Shown here: piece after piece, positions 18,959 through 28,686 of the stretch
Layout: every line of letters starts with the position of its first letter
How positions within the stretch are numbered: the stretch's first letter is position 1
Origin: Flavobacteriaceae bacterium
Lineage (GTDB): Bacteria; Bacteroidota; Bacteroidia; Flavobacteriales; Flavobacteriaceae
Assembly: GCA_029268635.1 (NCBI GenBank)
Contig: JAQWNL010000045.1
Span: 1-49,007 of the forward strand
Direction: 5' to 3'
DNA: 49,007 nt
Translations under genes and position numbers: made by a program
Notes under the pieces: model-generated
Database searches by the model: none
What the model was told of the DNA's origin: nothing
What the model saw: only the letters and a program-made list of their open reading frames with translations

Positions 18959-21900
18959 ATGTTTAAAGTAATCACATATTCTCCACTTCATTTATCCAAT
19001 ACAGCATTGGCTATTGAAACAGTTAAAGCTGATAGTATCGCTTTATTTGATCTTGAGTATTGCGAAGATTCAAAAATTGAAAGATCAATTGAAAATCTTA
19101 AGTATACCTTAAGTACCATTCCTGAAAATTCTACAATTGGACTAAAATCTCCTTTGAATAAAATCAGTTTTTATAAAGTACTTATAGATTTGTTGATTGG
19201 CCATAAATTAATTCTTGTTCTAAGTGATTTACAAAATACAAAAAAAGAAAAAGTAGCTATTCCTGATTGGATTTTAAATTCTGATTTAGAGATTTGGGGA
19301 GAGATTACTTCAAAATCACAAGAGTGGATACTCCATGATAACAATATTCAATCTATAATAATTAAAGGAAATGAATCAGGTGGAAGTATTGGTTCTGAGT
19401 CCTCTTTTGTATTATCAGCTTATTTAATTAATAAGAGTGAAAAAGATGTTTTCGTTCAGGGTGGAATAGGATTTCATACCGCTGCTGCTTGTTTTGTAGC
19501 AGGAGCAAACGGTGTTATTATTGATGATCATTTATTAGCGATGAGTCAGTCGCCATTTCCAAATCAGTGGAAAAAAATAATAAAACATTTAGCAATTGAA
19601 GATACCGTTATAACTAGTAAAAACAACAGAAATTATAGAACAATAAACCATCCTTTGTTTAAAAATTCTGAAGGCATTGGTTGGGATAATCCTTCCCTAG
19701 TAAAATGGCCTGTAGGGCAAGCAATTGGTTTTGCGCATGAATTGGCAAGTGAATACAAAACAGTTGGTCGTTTAATTAATGCTATACTGGCAAATGCACT
19801 GCTAAACATTAAAGAAGCAAAAGTACATAAACCCTTGGCACCAAATTCAAAATTGTCAGTATCTCACGGTACGCGTTTTCCAATTGTTCAAGGGCCAATG
19901 ACTAGGGTTAGTGATGTACCTAATTTTATTGATGCAGTGGCTAAATCTGGAGGGTTACCATTTTTAGCATTATCCATGATTTCAGGAAAAGCGGTAACAG
20001 AATTACTAGCCGAAACACATAGTCAACTTGGAGAGAAGCCCTGGGGAGTTGGTATTTTAGGATTTGTTCCTGAAGAATTAAGAGTTCACCAATTCAATGA
20101 GATAAAAAAAATAAAGCCACCTTTTGCTTTAATAGCAGGAGGTACTATAGCTCAAGTTAAAGAGTTTGAGGAAGAAGGAATCTCAGCATATATCCATGCA
20201 CCGGTTCCAAGTTTATTGAAAATATTTTTAGAAAAAGGATGTAAGCGTTTCGTTTTTGAAGGACGCGAATGTGGAGGTCATGTAGGGCCAATTGGAAGCT
20301 TTACCCTTTGGGAAAGTGCGATTAAGATTCTGCTTGAATTGCCAAAAGGGGAAGCGGAACATATTCATGTGTTGTTTGCTGGTGGAATTTATAATTACAT
20401 GTCAGCTTCTATGATAGCGGCAATGTCTGGACAGCTAGCAGCAAAAGGAATTAAGGTTGGTGTTCTAATGGGAACTGCTTATCTATTTACATCTGAAGTA
20501 TGTGAATCTGGTGCAATTCTTCCAAGGTTTCAGCAAACTGCAATTGATTGTGAAACAACGGCAGTAATTGAAACAGGTCCAGGTCACGCTATTCGATGCG
20601 CAAATACCCCTTTTATTCAAGAGTTTGAATCTGAAAAAGAAAAAGGAAATAAAGATTTAGATAACTTGACTTTGGGTCGATTAAGAATTGCATCCAAAGG
20701 AATTAAAAGAAATGAGATTGGAGAATTATCTAAAATTTCTGAAAAAGACCAATACGATAATGGAATGTTTATGCTGGGCGAAGTGGCTGCAATGATGTAT
20801 TCATTAACAAGCATGGAAGAATTGCATGTTGAAGTCTCCAAAAAAGGTAATGAATTACTTGGAAAAGTAGAATTACCTGAGAAAAAGAGAGTAGAGTTGA
20901 CCGCCTCTAATATTGCAGTCATTGGGATTTCAACGATCCTTCCTAAAGCGGATTCACCAGATGATTTTTGGACAAATATTATTAATAAAGTTGATGCTAT
21001 AACTGAAGTGCCATTGAGCAGATGGGATTGGAGACTTTATTACGATGAGGATAATAAAAAACGAGATAAGATAAATTCTAAATGGGGAGGTTTTATAGAC
21101 GATGTTATTTTTGATCCCTTAAAATTTGGAATTCCACCACATTCATTGAAATCAATAAGTCCTGCTCAGTTATTACTTTTGGAAGCAGTTGATAGAGCAT
21201 TAAATGACGCTGGTTATGGAGACGGGGGTTTTGATAATGAACACACATCCGTTATCGTTGGAAGTGATGGAAGTAGTACGTTAAAAACGCAATACACTAC
21301 TCGAGCATTGTCACCATTATCGATGGATTTGCTCACAAAAGAAGATTTAGATCGACTACCTGAATGGAATGAAGAATCTTTCCCTGGTGTTTTAACAAAT
21401 GTACTGGCAGGACGTATTGCTAATAGATTCAATCTAGGAGGTGCTAATTTTACGGTGGATTCGGCTTGTGCTTCTTCGTTGACTGCTATTGACTTAGCAA
21501 TTAAAGAATTGGAACATGGAAATAGCAACATGGTAATTGCTGCTGGCGCTGACATTGCTCAATCTCCATTTTCATATACAGCATTTAGCAAAACTCAAGC
21601 GCTTTCGCCAACTGGTAAATCACAGCCGTTTAATAAAGATGCGAATGGTATTGTAATTAGTGAAGGAATTGCTGTTGTTTTATTAAAACGATTAGAAGAC
21701 GCCGAAAGAGATGGTGATAAAATCTATTGTGTAATTAAAGGAGCAGCGAACTCAAGTGATGGGAAAGGATTAGGCCTTACTGCTCCTCGTTCTGGAGGTC
21801 AAGAAAAAGCACTTAACAGAGCCTATCTAAAAGCAGGTTATTCACCTTCAACATTAGGAAGTTACGAAGCACACGGTACAGGAACTTCATTTGGAGATAA

Positions 21901-24900
21901 AGTTGAATTAACGTCAATTAATAATGTTCTTGAAAATGCTGGTGCGAATGAAAATTCTTGTGTTGTTGGGTCGGTAAAGTCCTTAATTGGTCATACCAAA
22001 ACTACAGCAGGAATTGTTGGTTTAATAAAAAGTGCATTGTCTTTACATTATAAAACTTTAGCACCCCATCCTATGAACGGTGATCCAATTGATTTATTAA
22101 AAAATAACACGACACCAGTTTATCTTCTAGAAGAAGCTCGACCTTGGTTTAAGGATGCTATTCATCCTAGAAGAGCAGGAATAAGTGCTTTTGGTTTTGG
22201 GGGAACAAATACACATGTTACTATTGAAGAATATAGAAATAATACAAAGAAAAATTTGATTGGGCATGAAAAATGGCCAGCTGAACTGTTCATATTTGAA
22301 GCGTTAACGAGTGATGAAATGCTTAAAACAGTGAACGGTTGGGCGGCAGCTTTAAAAGATGGACTGACCAACTCACTTAAAGATTTATCCTTTATCTCAT
22401 TCTGTGAAAGTCAAACTAAAAAGAACTTAAAGGTGAAGCTTAGTATTGTGGCTGAGAATAAGGAAAGTCTCATACATCTATTGGAAAGAGTTGCGCTGAA
22501 CTTATCTGAAAAAGATGGAAATATATTACTTCCACCTCAAATTACATTGAACTTAAATTCAGAAGAGACTAAAGGAAAATTAGGATTTGTCTTTCCAGGA
22601 CAAGGATCACAATACTCCAATATGGCTCAAGAAAACACCTTGTATATTAAGGAATTGCGTGAAGTTATTGATTTAGCCAATGATCAATTGAATGGAGCTA
22701 TTAAGATGGATAAATTACTATTTCCAAAAGCTTCATTAAATCAAGAAACAACGGATTATTGGCAGGATAAATTAAGAGCGACCGAAAATGCCCAACCAGC
22801 TATTGGTACAATATCAATGGGATATTTGAATTTTCTGAAATCATTAGAGATTAAGCCAGAAGTTGTTGCAGGACACAGTTATGGGGAATTTACAGCGTTA
22901 CATGCCGCAGGGGTTCTGAGTTCAAACGATTTGTTTACTATTTCTCAAAAGAGAGGATCAATAATGGCTGGCAGTTGCGAGGTAGATGGAACAATGGCTG
23001 TTGCTTTTGGAACTCCAATACAAATCTCCTCTTATTTGAATACTGATGTTTATATTGCAAACTTAAATTCTCCAAAGCAAACCGTTATTTCAGGTGAAAG
23101 AAATGCTGTTTATGAAGCAATGGCTGAAATAAAAAAGAACGGTATAAAGGTAAAGGAAATCGCCGTTGCAGGTCCATTTCATACTCCGTTTTTTAAAATA
23201 GCTCAACAACCGTTAATAGAGGCTATAAGTAGCTTGTCTTTTAATAGCCCTAAAATCCCTGTTTATTCTAATACTACTGGAAATGTTTATCCTCAAGATT
23301 CAGAGATGATAGGTAAATTATTAAATCAACACCTTTTGAGTCCTGTTCATTTTTTAAATGAAATAGAACAGATGTACAAAGACGGAGTTCGACTATTTCT
23401 TGAAGTTGGTCCGAATAACGTATTAACTGGATTAATTGATCAAATTCTAGAAGGTAAATCATATAAAGCAATAGCCGTTGAAGGTCAAGGTGGTGGAATG
23501 AAAGGAATTTTAAGCGCGGTTGGTGCTGTTTTTGCAGATGGATATAATTTGAATATTGAGAGTTTATTTGAAGGGAGAAACTGCGAATTTCTTAATCTAT
23601 CCGAAGCAATTAAAGAATCTAAAAAGAAAACACATAGTGATGCAACTGTCTTATTACACGGTGGAGGTGTTCGAAAAATTGATGAAAATATAGCTATCAC
23701 AGGGATTTCACCGCTTATTGATGCAACAAAAAGAAAAGAAATTAAATCTGTTGAAGTTTTAAAATTATCGCTTGCTTCTGGTCAATTGAATACTAACGAT
23801 CAGCTACTTGCGGGCTATCAATCTTATCAACAAACAATGCAACAATTTCTCGCAAGTCAAGAAACAATGATGGAGCTTTTTTTAAAAGGAGAACCGATTC
23901 TAGATCAACAAATAAATAATACTGATATTCCTTTAGCTGCAGTAAAAATGGATCAAATACCTCTTATAAATGAGGAGATTGATTCTAATGAAATAGAGGG
24001 AACCAAAACTCAATTTATTGAAAATGAGAAATCTGTAAATAGAGATGATGTTGCAGCGAAAATGATTGCTATTATCAGTGAAAGAACAGGGTATCCTTTA
24101 AATATGCTGACTGAACATATAGATTTAGAAGCGGAGTTGGGAATTGACTCAATCAAACGGATGGAAGTACTTGATAAGGTTTTGAAAGAATTATCAATAG
24201 ATCATGAAAGAAAACTTCAAGGATTTATGCCACAATTAATGCGAGCGAAATCAATCAATGAATTTTTAAATATCGCTTTCAATAAAGAAATTGTTCAAAA
24301 GCTGGGCGAAGTTACCGAAACCTCAAAAACGAATAAAATTCCTCTTGTAGCAATTAAAAATGATACAAATAAAGAAACGTGTGCACGTTTTGTTATGGAG
24401 TCCGTAATACAGGAATTGCCATTTAAAGGAAATCCAGTATTAACAGGGGTTCACCTTATAACTTCTGATTCGGGAAATATAGCAAATTTGGCAGCAAAGA
24501 AGATTAAATCTTTCGGCGGAACTCCTATTGTTTTAGGTGAAGATATTTTGGCTTCATTTGATCTTTTGGAAGCAGAACTTTTGATTTTATTTAAAAAATA
24601 TCCTGAAATTTCAAGTGTGATTCACTGTGCGCCTTTGAGTAAAATCTCAATGCCAGAAGAGTTGAAAGGATGGAAAAACCTAACGCAAATCCAATCAAAA
24701 AGTTTGTTTCAAGTTCTGCGATTTGCTGCGCTTGAAGATGAGAAAGCAATTCATTTTCCAATCAAAAAAGTGATAACAACTTCTTCATTTGGAGGTTATT
24801 TTGGTAGAAAGAATAAACCTTCAAATGGACTTCCTTGTTCAGGAGGGAATGCTGGAATGTTAAAAGCACTTGTTAAAGAACACACTGATATTGATATTAA

Positions 24901-25879
24901 AGTTTTAGATTTTGATAGTTTACTGCTTGAAAGTGAAGTTGCATACCGAATTGTGCGTGAATTAGCGAATACGAGCGAAAAGATTGAAATTGGTTATCCA
25001 AATGGTGAACGGGTAGTTTTCTATCCTGTTGCCGCTGAATTAGAAAATCAAGATAGTTCAGAAGATCATCGTTTAGATGAGAATTCAGTTGTGTTAGCAA
25101 CTGGTGGAGCAAAGGGAATTACAGCTGAGATTACTAAATCAATGATGGTTCCTGGTATGAAGCTTATAGTTGTAGGTAGGTCAAAATCGATTGATTTAGA
25201 AATTATAAATGAAGGAGGTATAAATAAATCATTTCATCTATTAATTGAGCAGGGCGTTGATGTAGAATATTTTTCTTTAGATGTAAAGGATGATCAAGCA
25301 TTCAAAGAACTGATTGAATATGTTTATAGTACTTATGGAAGAATAGATGCCGTAATTCATGGAGCAGGAATTATAGAAGATGATCATATAGAATTAAAAA
25401 AAATCGCCTCTTTCAATAATGTGTTTGATACAAAGGTGGATACAGCATTTTTACTATTCAAATATTTGCGTCCAGAATCCTTAAAATTATTGGTGTTTTT
25501 CGGTTCTGTATCCGGACGATTTGGAAATCAAGGCCAAACGGATTATGCTGCAGCTAATGAGGTATTGAATCGTTTTGCTTGGTATTTACATCAAAAATGG
25601 TCGAACACTAGAACGCTTACCATTAATTGGGGACCCTGGAGTATGATAGGAATGGCATCCCCAATGGTTATTCGACTATTAAAAAGTCAAGGAATTGGAC
25701 CAATTCATCCAGATGAAGGGTGTGCTTTTTTCTTGCGTGAAATTCGCCAAGGAAGCAATGAAACTTCAGAAGTGATCGCTGGAGATGGACCTTGGGGAAA
25801 TTCTGACGAAATGATTCTGCCAGAATTCGAACTTGAACATATTTTTAATCAAACGGCTATTCACAGTATTGCAGAATAA
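18959..25879 (+). CDS. Iterative type I PKS, PUFA-synthase-like: degenerate NMO/ER + NMO/ER - KS - AT - ACP - KR
   Basis: ER: KGNESGG (first copy), PIVQGPMTRVSD and EGRECGGHVG; KS: DSACASS, EAHGTGT, IGHTK, FGFGGTN; AT: FPGQGSQ, GHSYGE, GPFHT; PfaA-type ACP: ERTGYP...LEAELGIDSIKR; KR: TGGAKGIT, YAAAN, WGPW. No DH or TE. Confidence 0.93.
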   Translation: MFKVITYSPLHLSNTALAIETVKADSIALFDLEYCEDSKIERSIENLKYTLSTIPENSTIGLKSPLNKISFYKVLIDLLIGHKLILVLSDLQNTKKEKVAIPDWILNSDLEIWGEITSKSQEWILHDNNIQSIIIKGNESGGSIGSESSFVLSAYLINKSEKDVFVQGGIGFHTAAACFVAGANGVIIDDHLLAMSQSPFPNQWKKIIKHLAIEDTVITSKNNRNYRTINHPLFKNSEGIGWDNPSLVKWPVGQAIGFAHELASEYKTVGRLINAILANALLNIKEAKVHKPLAPNSKLSVSHGTRFPIVQGPMTRVSDVPNFIDAVAKSGGLPFLALSMISGKAVTELLAETHSQLGEKPWGVGILGFVPEELRVHQFNEIKKIKPPFALIAGGTIAQVKEFEEEGISAYIHAPVPSLLKIFLEKGCKRFVFEGRECGGHVGPIGSFTLWESAIKILLELPKGEAEHIHVLFAGGIYNYMSASMIAAMSGQLAAKGIKVGVLMGTAYLFTSEVCESGAILPRFQQTAIDCETTAVIETGPGHAIRCANTPFIQEFESEKEKGNKDLDNLTLGRLRIASKGIKRNEIGELSKISEKDQYDNGMFMLGEVAAMMYSLTSMEELHVEVSKKGNELLGKVELPEKKRVELTASNIAVIGISTILPKADSPDDFWTNIINKVDAITEVPLSRWDWRLYYDEDNKKRDKINSKWGGFIDDVIFDPLKFGIPPHSLKSISPAQLLLLEAVDRALNDAGYGDGGFDNEHTSVIVGSDGSSTLKTQYTTRALSPLSMDLLTKEDLDRLPEWNEESFPGVLTNVLAGRIANRFNLGGANFTVDSACASSLTAIDLAIKELEHGNSNMVIAAGADIAQSPFSYTAFSKTQALSPTGKSQPFNKDANGIVISEGIAVVLLKRLEDAERDGDKIYCVIKGAANSSDGKGLGLTAPRSGGQEKALNRAYLKAGYSPSTLGSYEAHGTGTSFGDKVELTSINNVLENAGANENSCVVGSVKSLIGHTKTTAGIVGLIKSALSLHYKTLAPHPMNGDPIDLLKNNTTPVYLLEEARPWFKDAIHPRRAGISAFGFGGTNTHVTIEEYRNNTKKNLIGHEKWPAELFIFEALTSDEMLKTVNGWAAALKDGLTNSLKDLSFISFCESQTKKNLKVKLSIVAENKESLIHLLERVALNLSEKDGNILLPPQITLNLNSEETKGKLGFVFPGQGSQYSNMAQENTLYIKELREVIDLANDQLNGAIKMDKLLFPKASLNQETTDYWQDKLRATENAQPAIGTISMGYLNFLKSLEIKPEVVAGHSYGEFTALHAAGVLSSNDLFTISQKRGSIMAGSCEVDGTMAVAFGTPIQISSYLNTDVYIANLNSPKQTVISGERNAVYEAMAEIKKNGIKVKEIAVAGPFHTPFFKIAQQPLIEAISSLSFNSPKIPVYSNTTGNVYPQDSEMIGKLLNQHLLSPVHFLNEIEQMYKDGVRLFLEVGPNNVLTGLIDQILEGKSYKAIAVEGQGGGMKGILSAVGAVFADGYNLNIESLFEGRNCEFLNLSEAIKESKKKTHSDATVLLHGGGVRKIDENIAITGISPLIDATKRKEIKSVEVLKLSLASGQLNTNDQLLAGYQSYQQTMQQFLASQETMMELFLKGEPILDQQINNTDIPLAAVKMDQIPLINEEIDSNEIEGTKTQFIENEKSVNRDDVAAKMIAIISERTGYPLNMLTEHIDLEAELGIDSIKRMEVLDKVLKELSIDHERKLQGFMPQLMRAKSINEFLNIAFNKEIVQKLGEVTETSKTNKIPLVAIKNDTNKETCARFVMESVIQELPFKGNPVLTGVHLITSDSGNIANLAAKKIKSFGGTPIVLGEDILASFDLLEAELLILFKKYPEISSVIHCAPLSKISMPEELKGWKNLTQIQSKSLFQVLRFAALEDEKAIHFPIKKVITTSSFGGYFGRKNKPSNGLPCSGGNAGMLKALVKEHTDIDIKVLDFDSLLLESEVAYRIVRELANTSEKIEIGYPNGERVVFYPVAAELENQDSSEDHRLDENSVVLATGGAKGITAEITKSMMVPGMKLIVVGRSKSIDLEIINEGGINKSFHLLIEQGVDVEYFSLDVKDDQAFKELIEYVYSTYGRIDAVIHGAGIIEDDHIELKKIASFNNVFDTKVDTAFLLFKYLRPESLKLLVFFGSVSGRFGNQGQTDYAAANEVLNRFAWYLHQKWSNTRTLTINWGPWSMIGMASPMVIRLLKSQGIGPIHPDEGCAFFLREIRQGSNETSEVIAGDGPWGNSDEMILPEFELEHIFNQTAIHSIAE

Positions 25880-25907
25880 ATCATTTATTATATTAAACTA
25901 ATCAACC

Positions 25908-26984
25908 ATGAGGAAGAAAATAAAAAAGTTTATAGAAAAACTTGTAACAATACTGTTTATGAGTTATGTGCTGTTAATTAAAGTCTTACATCTTCCTTCG
26001 AAATGGTTTTCAAATCGAGTTCAGCAAATTATGAACAACTGGACATATTCAATGTTGTGGACGTATATTTCATCTTTTGCTACGAGAGTTTATTTGGATC
26101 AACCTTGTGAATATAAAATAGTAACAGATCAGCCAAAGACAATCGTTGATGATCAATTCAAATTAACACCTGAACAAATAAAGGGATTTCATATGAATGG
26201 TTTTTTAGGTCCCTTAACTTTAGTTTCAGAAGATCAAATGTCAATTTTTCGCACAAAACTTGAAAATGAACTTGATATAGATTCAAAAACATTTGGATTT
26301 AAAACTGTTAGAGATAGACATTTAGATGCCCCATTTATAATGGAGATGTTTAAAAAACCTGAGATAACAGAAGTTTTGGCTCAATTGTTAAGTCCAAATA
26401 TATTATTATGGCGGTCTCATGTTTTTAATAAACCACCTGGAGCAGCTTCAATTCCATGGCATCAAGAATCAACTTACATGTCAGAAGATTATAAACAGCC
26501 AATTCTTCATACAAAAAATAAAAACGATCTTTTTCAACTTACTGTATGGATTGCAGTTGATCCTGCAACTTTGGAGAATGGATGCATAGAGTTTATTTTA
26601 GGATCACATTCTAAAATGAGAAAAATTTCAATTGGTAAAGGAGATAAATTTTATTCATCACAATTCGCAATGGATGTAGATTTAAACAATTCTGAAATTG
26701 TCCCGATGCCTTTAAAACCTGGGCAATTTGTTGTTTTTTGTGAAAGATGTGTTCACGGTAGTAAAGGTAATATGTCGGATACAAGAAGAATGGGAATGAC
26801 TTTTAGAGCAATTACTACTGAAACATCAGCTTATGCGAATCAGAAGAAACACTACGCTGCACATCATCAATTAACTTGGGATTTGAAAAACTGGAAAATT
26901 GTGACATTACGAGGAGAAGATAAATTTAAGTTGAGTAAAACTGAAATTGAAAAGGAATCAGAGAAAATTATAGAAGAGATGTAA
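25908..26984 (+). CDS. Fe(II)/2-oxoglutarate oxygenase of PhyH/SyrB2 (chlorinating enzyme)-like type with N-terminal hydrophobic extension
   Basis: RDRHLD, LLWRSHVFNKPPG, WHQES, LTVWIA, ENGCIEF, LKPGQFVVF, VHGS, RRMG, LRGED. Confidence 0.85.
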   Translation: MRKKIKKFIEKLVTILFMSYVLLIKVLHLPSKWFSNRVQQIMNNWTYSMLWTYISSFATRVYLDQPCEYKIVTDQPKTIVDDQFKLTPEQIKGFHMNGFLGPLTLVSEDQMSIFRTKLENELDIDSKTFGFKTVRDRHLDAPFIMEMFKKPEITEVLAQLLSPNILLWRSHVFNKPPGAASIPWHQESTYMSEDYKQPILHTKNKNDLFQLTVWIAVDPATLENGCIEFILGSHSKMRKISIGKGDKFYSSQFAMDVDLNNSEIVPMPLKPGQFVVFCERCVHGSKGNMSDTRRMGMTFRAITTETSAYANQKKHYAAHHQLTWDLKNWKIVTLRGEDKFKLSKTEIEKESEKIIEEM

Positions 26985-27605
26985 ATGGTAAATGTATTTA
27001 AATCTGTGACTGGCGTATTTGTTGAGAACACTTATTTTCTCGTTAATTCGAAAGAAAAGTGGGGGGTAATTGTAGATCCTGGTCAGGGAGCATTGGAGTT
27101 TCTAGAACAATTAAATATGGAAGAGATCACTTGGAAGGCTATTTTTCTTACACATGCTCATTTTGATCACCTTTTGGGATTACGTAAGGTAGTTCAATAT
27201 GTTAATGTTCCGATTTATTTACATAAAGAAGACTTATTTTTATACGATCTTTTTGTAGAAGAAGCTTCCAAATTTGGATACAAGGAGGAAGTTTTACCAC
27301 AACCTGATTTATTCTGGAAAGATAATGATAAGATTGTAATTGGTAAAACGAAATTTGAAGTAATCCACACTCCAGGTCACACTCCTGGAAGCGTATGTTT
27401 AAAATGGGAAAATCAACTTATGACAGGTGATACATTGATGTACAGAACAATTGGTAGAACAGATTGGTTTGGATCATTTGAAGAGATCCAGAAAAGTATT
27501 TCGAAGAAGCTATTTAGTCTTCCTGATAATACCGTAATTTATCCAGGGCATCATAAAGCAAGCACTATAGCAGAAGAGAAAAGACACAACCTCGAAATTT
27601 TTTAA
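26985..27605 (+). CDS. MBL-fold metallo-hydrolase (glyoxalase II/YcbL-like)
   Basis: THAHFDH, HTPGHTPG, TGD, GRTD and YPGH motifs. Confidence 0.92.
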   Translation: MVNVFKSVTGVFVENTYFLVNSKEKWGVIVDPGQGALEFLEQLNMEEITWKAIFLTHAHFDHLLGLRKVVQYVNVPIYLHKEDLFLYDLFVEEASKFGYKEEVLPQPDLFWKDNDKIVIGKTKFEVIHTPGHTPGSVCLKWENQLMTGDTLMYRTIGRTDWFGSFEEIQKSISKKLFSLPDNTVIYPGHHKASTIAEEKRHNLEIF

Positions 27606-27607
27606 AA

Positions 27608-28681
27608 ATGAAAATATTATATATAGTTCCTAACCCAAATAGAATAGGTGGTGTATCTCGTTCTATTCAACGCGTTGTTCATTATTTAAAAAGCAATGGG
27701 TTAGACGTTAAACTTTTCTGTCCAGATTTTGAAGCCGAAAATGGGGTTTCAAAGTCAGAAATGATGATGATGAAGGAATTACTTACAGGATCTATGATGC
27801 AAGAATGGACCCAAAGAGTAATAGATAAAATGAAAACAGAGACTCCAGACTTAGTCGTAGGATATTATGGGAGCTCTGCAGCATACTGCGCTACTGCTGC
27901 AGCAAAGTTTTTAGATATTCCTGTTATCGCTTGTTTTCGTGGAAATGATATTAATAGAGATTTTTTTTCTTCATTTCATGCACCAAAGTTGAATTTCGTA
28001 GCACAGAATGCTACGGCAATCACAACCGTTTCTTCAGAGATGAAAGAGAAGGTAAGAACTTGGTTAGGAGTGGAGGCTAACTTTATTTCAAATTCTGTAG
28101 ATAAATCTATTTTTTACAACCGAAAGAAATTAGTAAAGGAATACAAACAAAAATGGAACCTAGGTAATCGAGCTATTGTCGGCTTATTTGGAGAATTTAA
28201 GGCTTCAAGAGGGCTAGAGCTTTTAGATCATTTAAAAGGTGAATTACAAAATGTACAAACTATAATTGTTGGCAAAGTTAGAAGCTCCATTCAGAAACAA
28301 CTGCCAGACTATGTTACTGTTATTCCTTACATTAATCAAATTGAAGAGTTGACAATAGCATATTCTCTGTGTGATGTAGTTTTTCAGCCATCTAAATACG
28401 ATGGAATGCCCAATGTTGTTCTCGAAGCTATGGCTTGTGAAAGAATCGTTCTTGCCTCTCCAACTGGAGGAATTAAAGATTTAATAAATCATGGTGAAAA
28501 TGGTTATTTGTGCAGTACTAACGATGATTGGAAAAACAATCTCAAGTTAGCACTCAATAATACTGGTACTCAAATCGGAAAAATGGCTAGAGAAAGTGTT
28601 CCAGAACCAAAGGAAGAAGCTGCCGAATTTATCTCTCTATTTTCAACAATTCTAAAAAAAAACAAAGCTCATTATAACTAA
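27608..28681 (+). CDS. Glycosyltransferase family 4
   Basis: IGGV, FRGND, YDGMPNVVLEAMAC. Confidence 0.9.
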   Translation: MKILYIVPNPNRIGGVSRSIQRVVHYLKSNGLDVKLFCPDFEAENGVSKSEMMMMKELLTGSMMQEWTQRVIDKMKTETPDLVVGYYGSSAAYCATAAAKFLDIPVIACFRGNDINRDFFSSFHAPKLNFVAQNATAITTVSSEMKEKVRTWLGVEANFISNSVDKSIFYNRKKLVKEYKQKWNLGNRAIVGLFGEFKASRGLELLDHLKGELQNVQTIIVGKVRSSIQKQLPDYVTVIPYINQIEELTIAYSLCDVVFQPSKYDGMPNVVLEAMACERIVLASPTGGIKDLINHGENGYLCSTNDDWKNNLKLALNNTGTQIGKMARESVPEPKEEAAEFISLFSTILKKNKAHYN

Positions 28682-28686
28682 TTTAT

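Noticed and set aside
18959-25879. Canonical EPA/DHA pfa cluster or flexirubin cluster
   Set aside because: Single ACP, no KS-CLF or FabA-type DH protein, no separate PfaD, no DarA/DarB or type II KS genes
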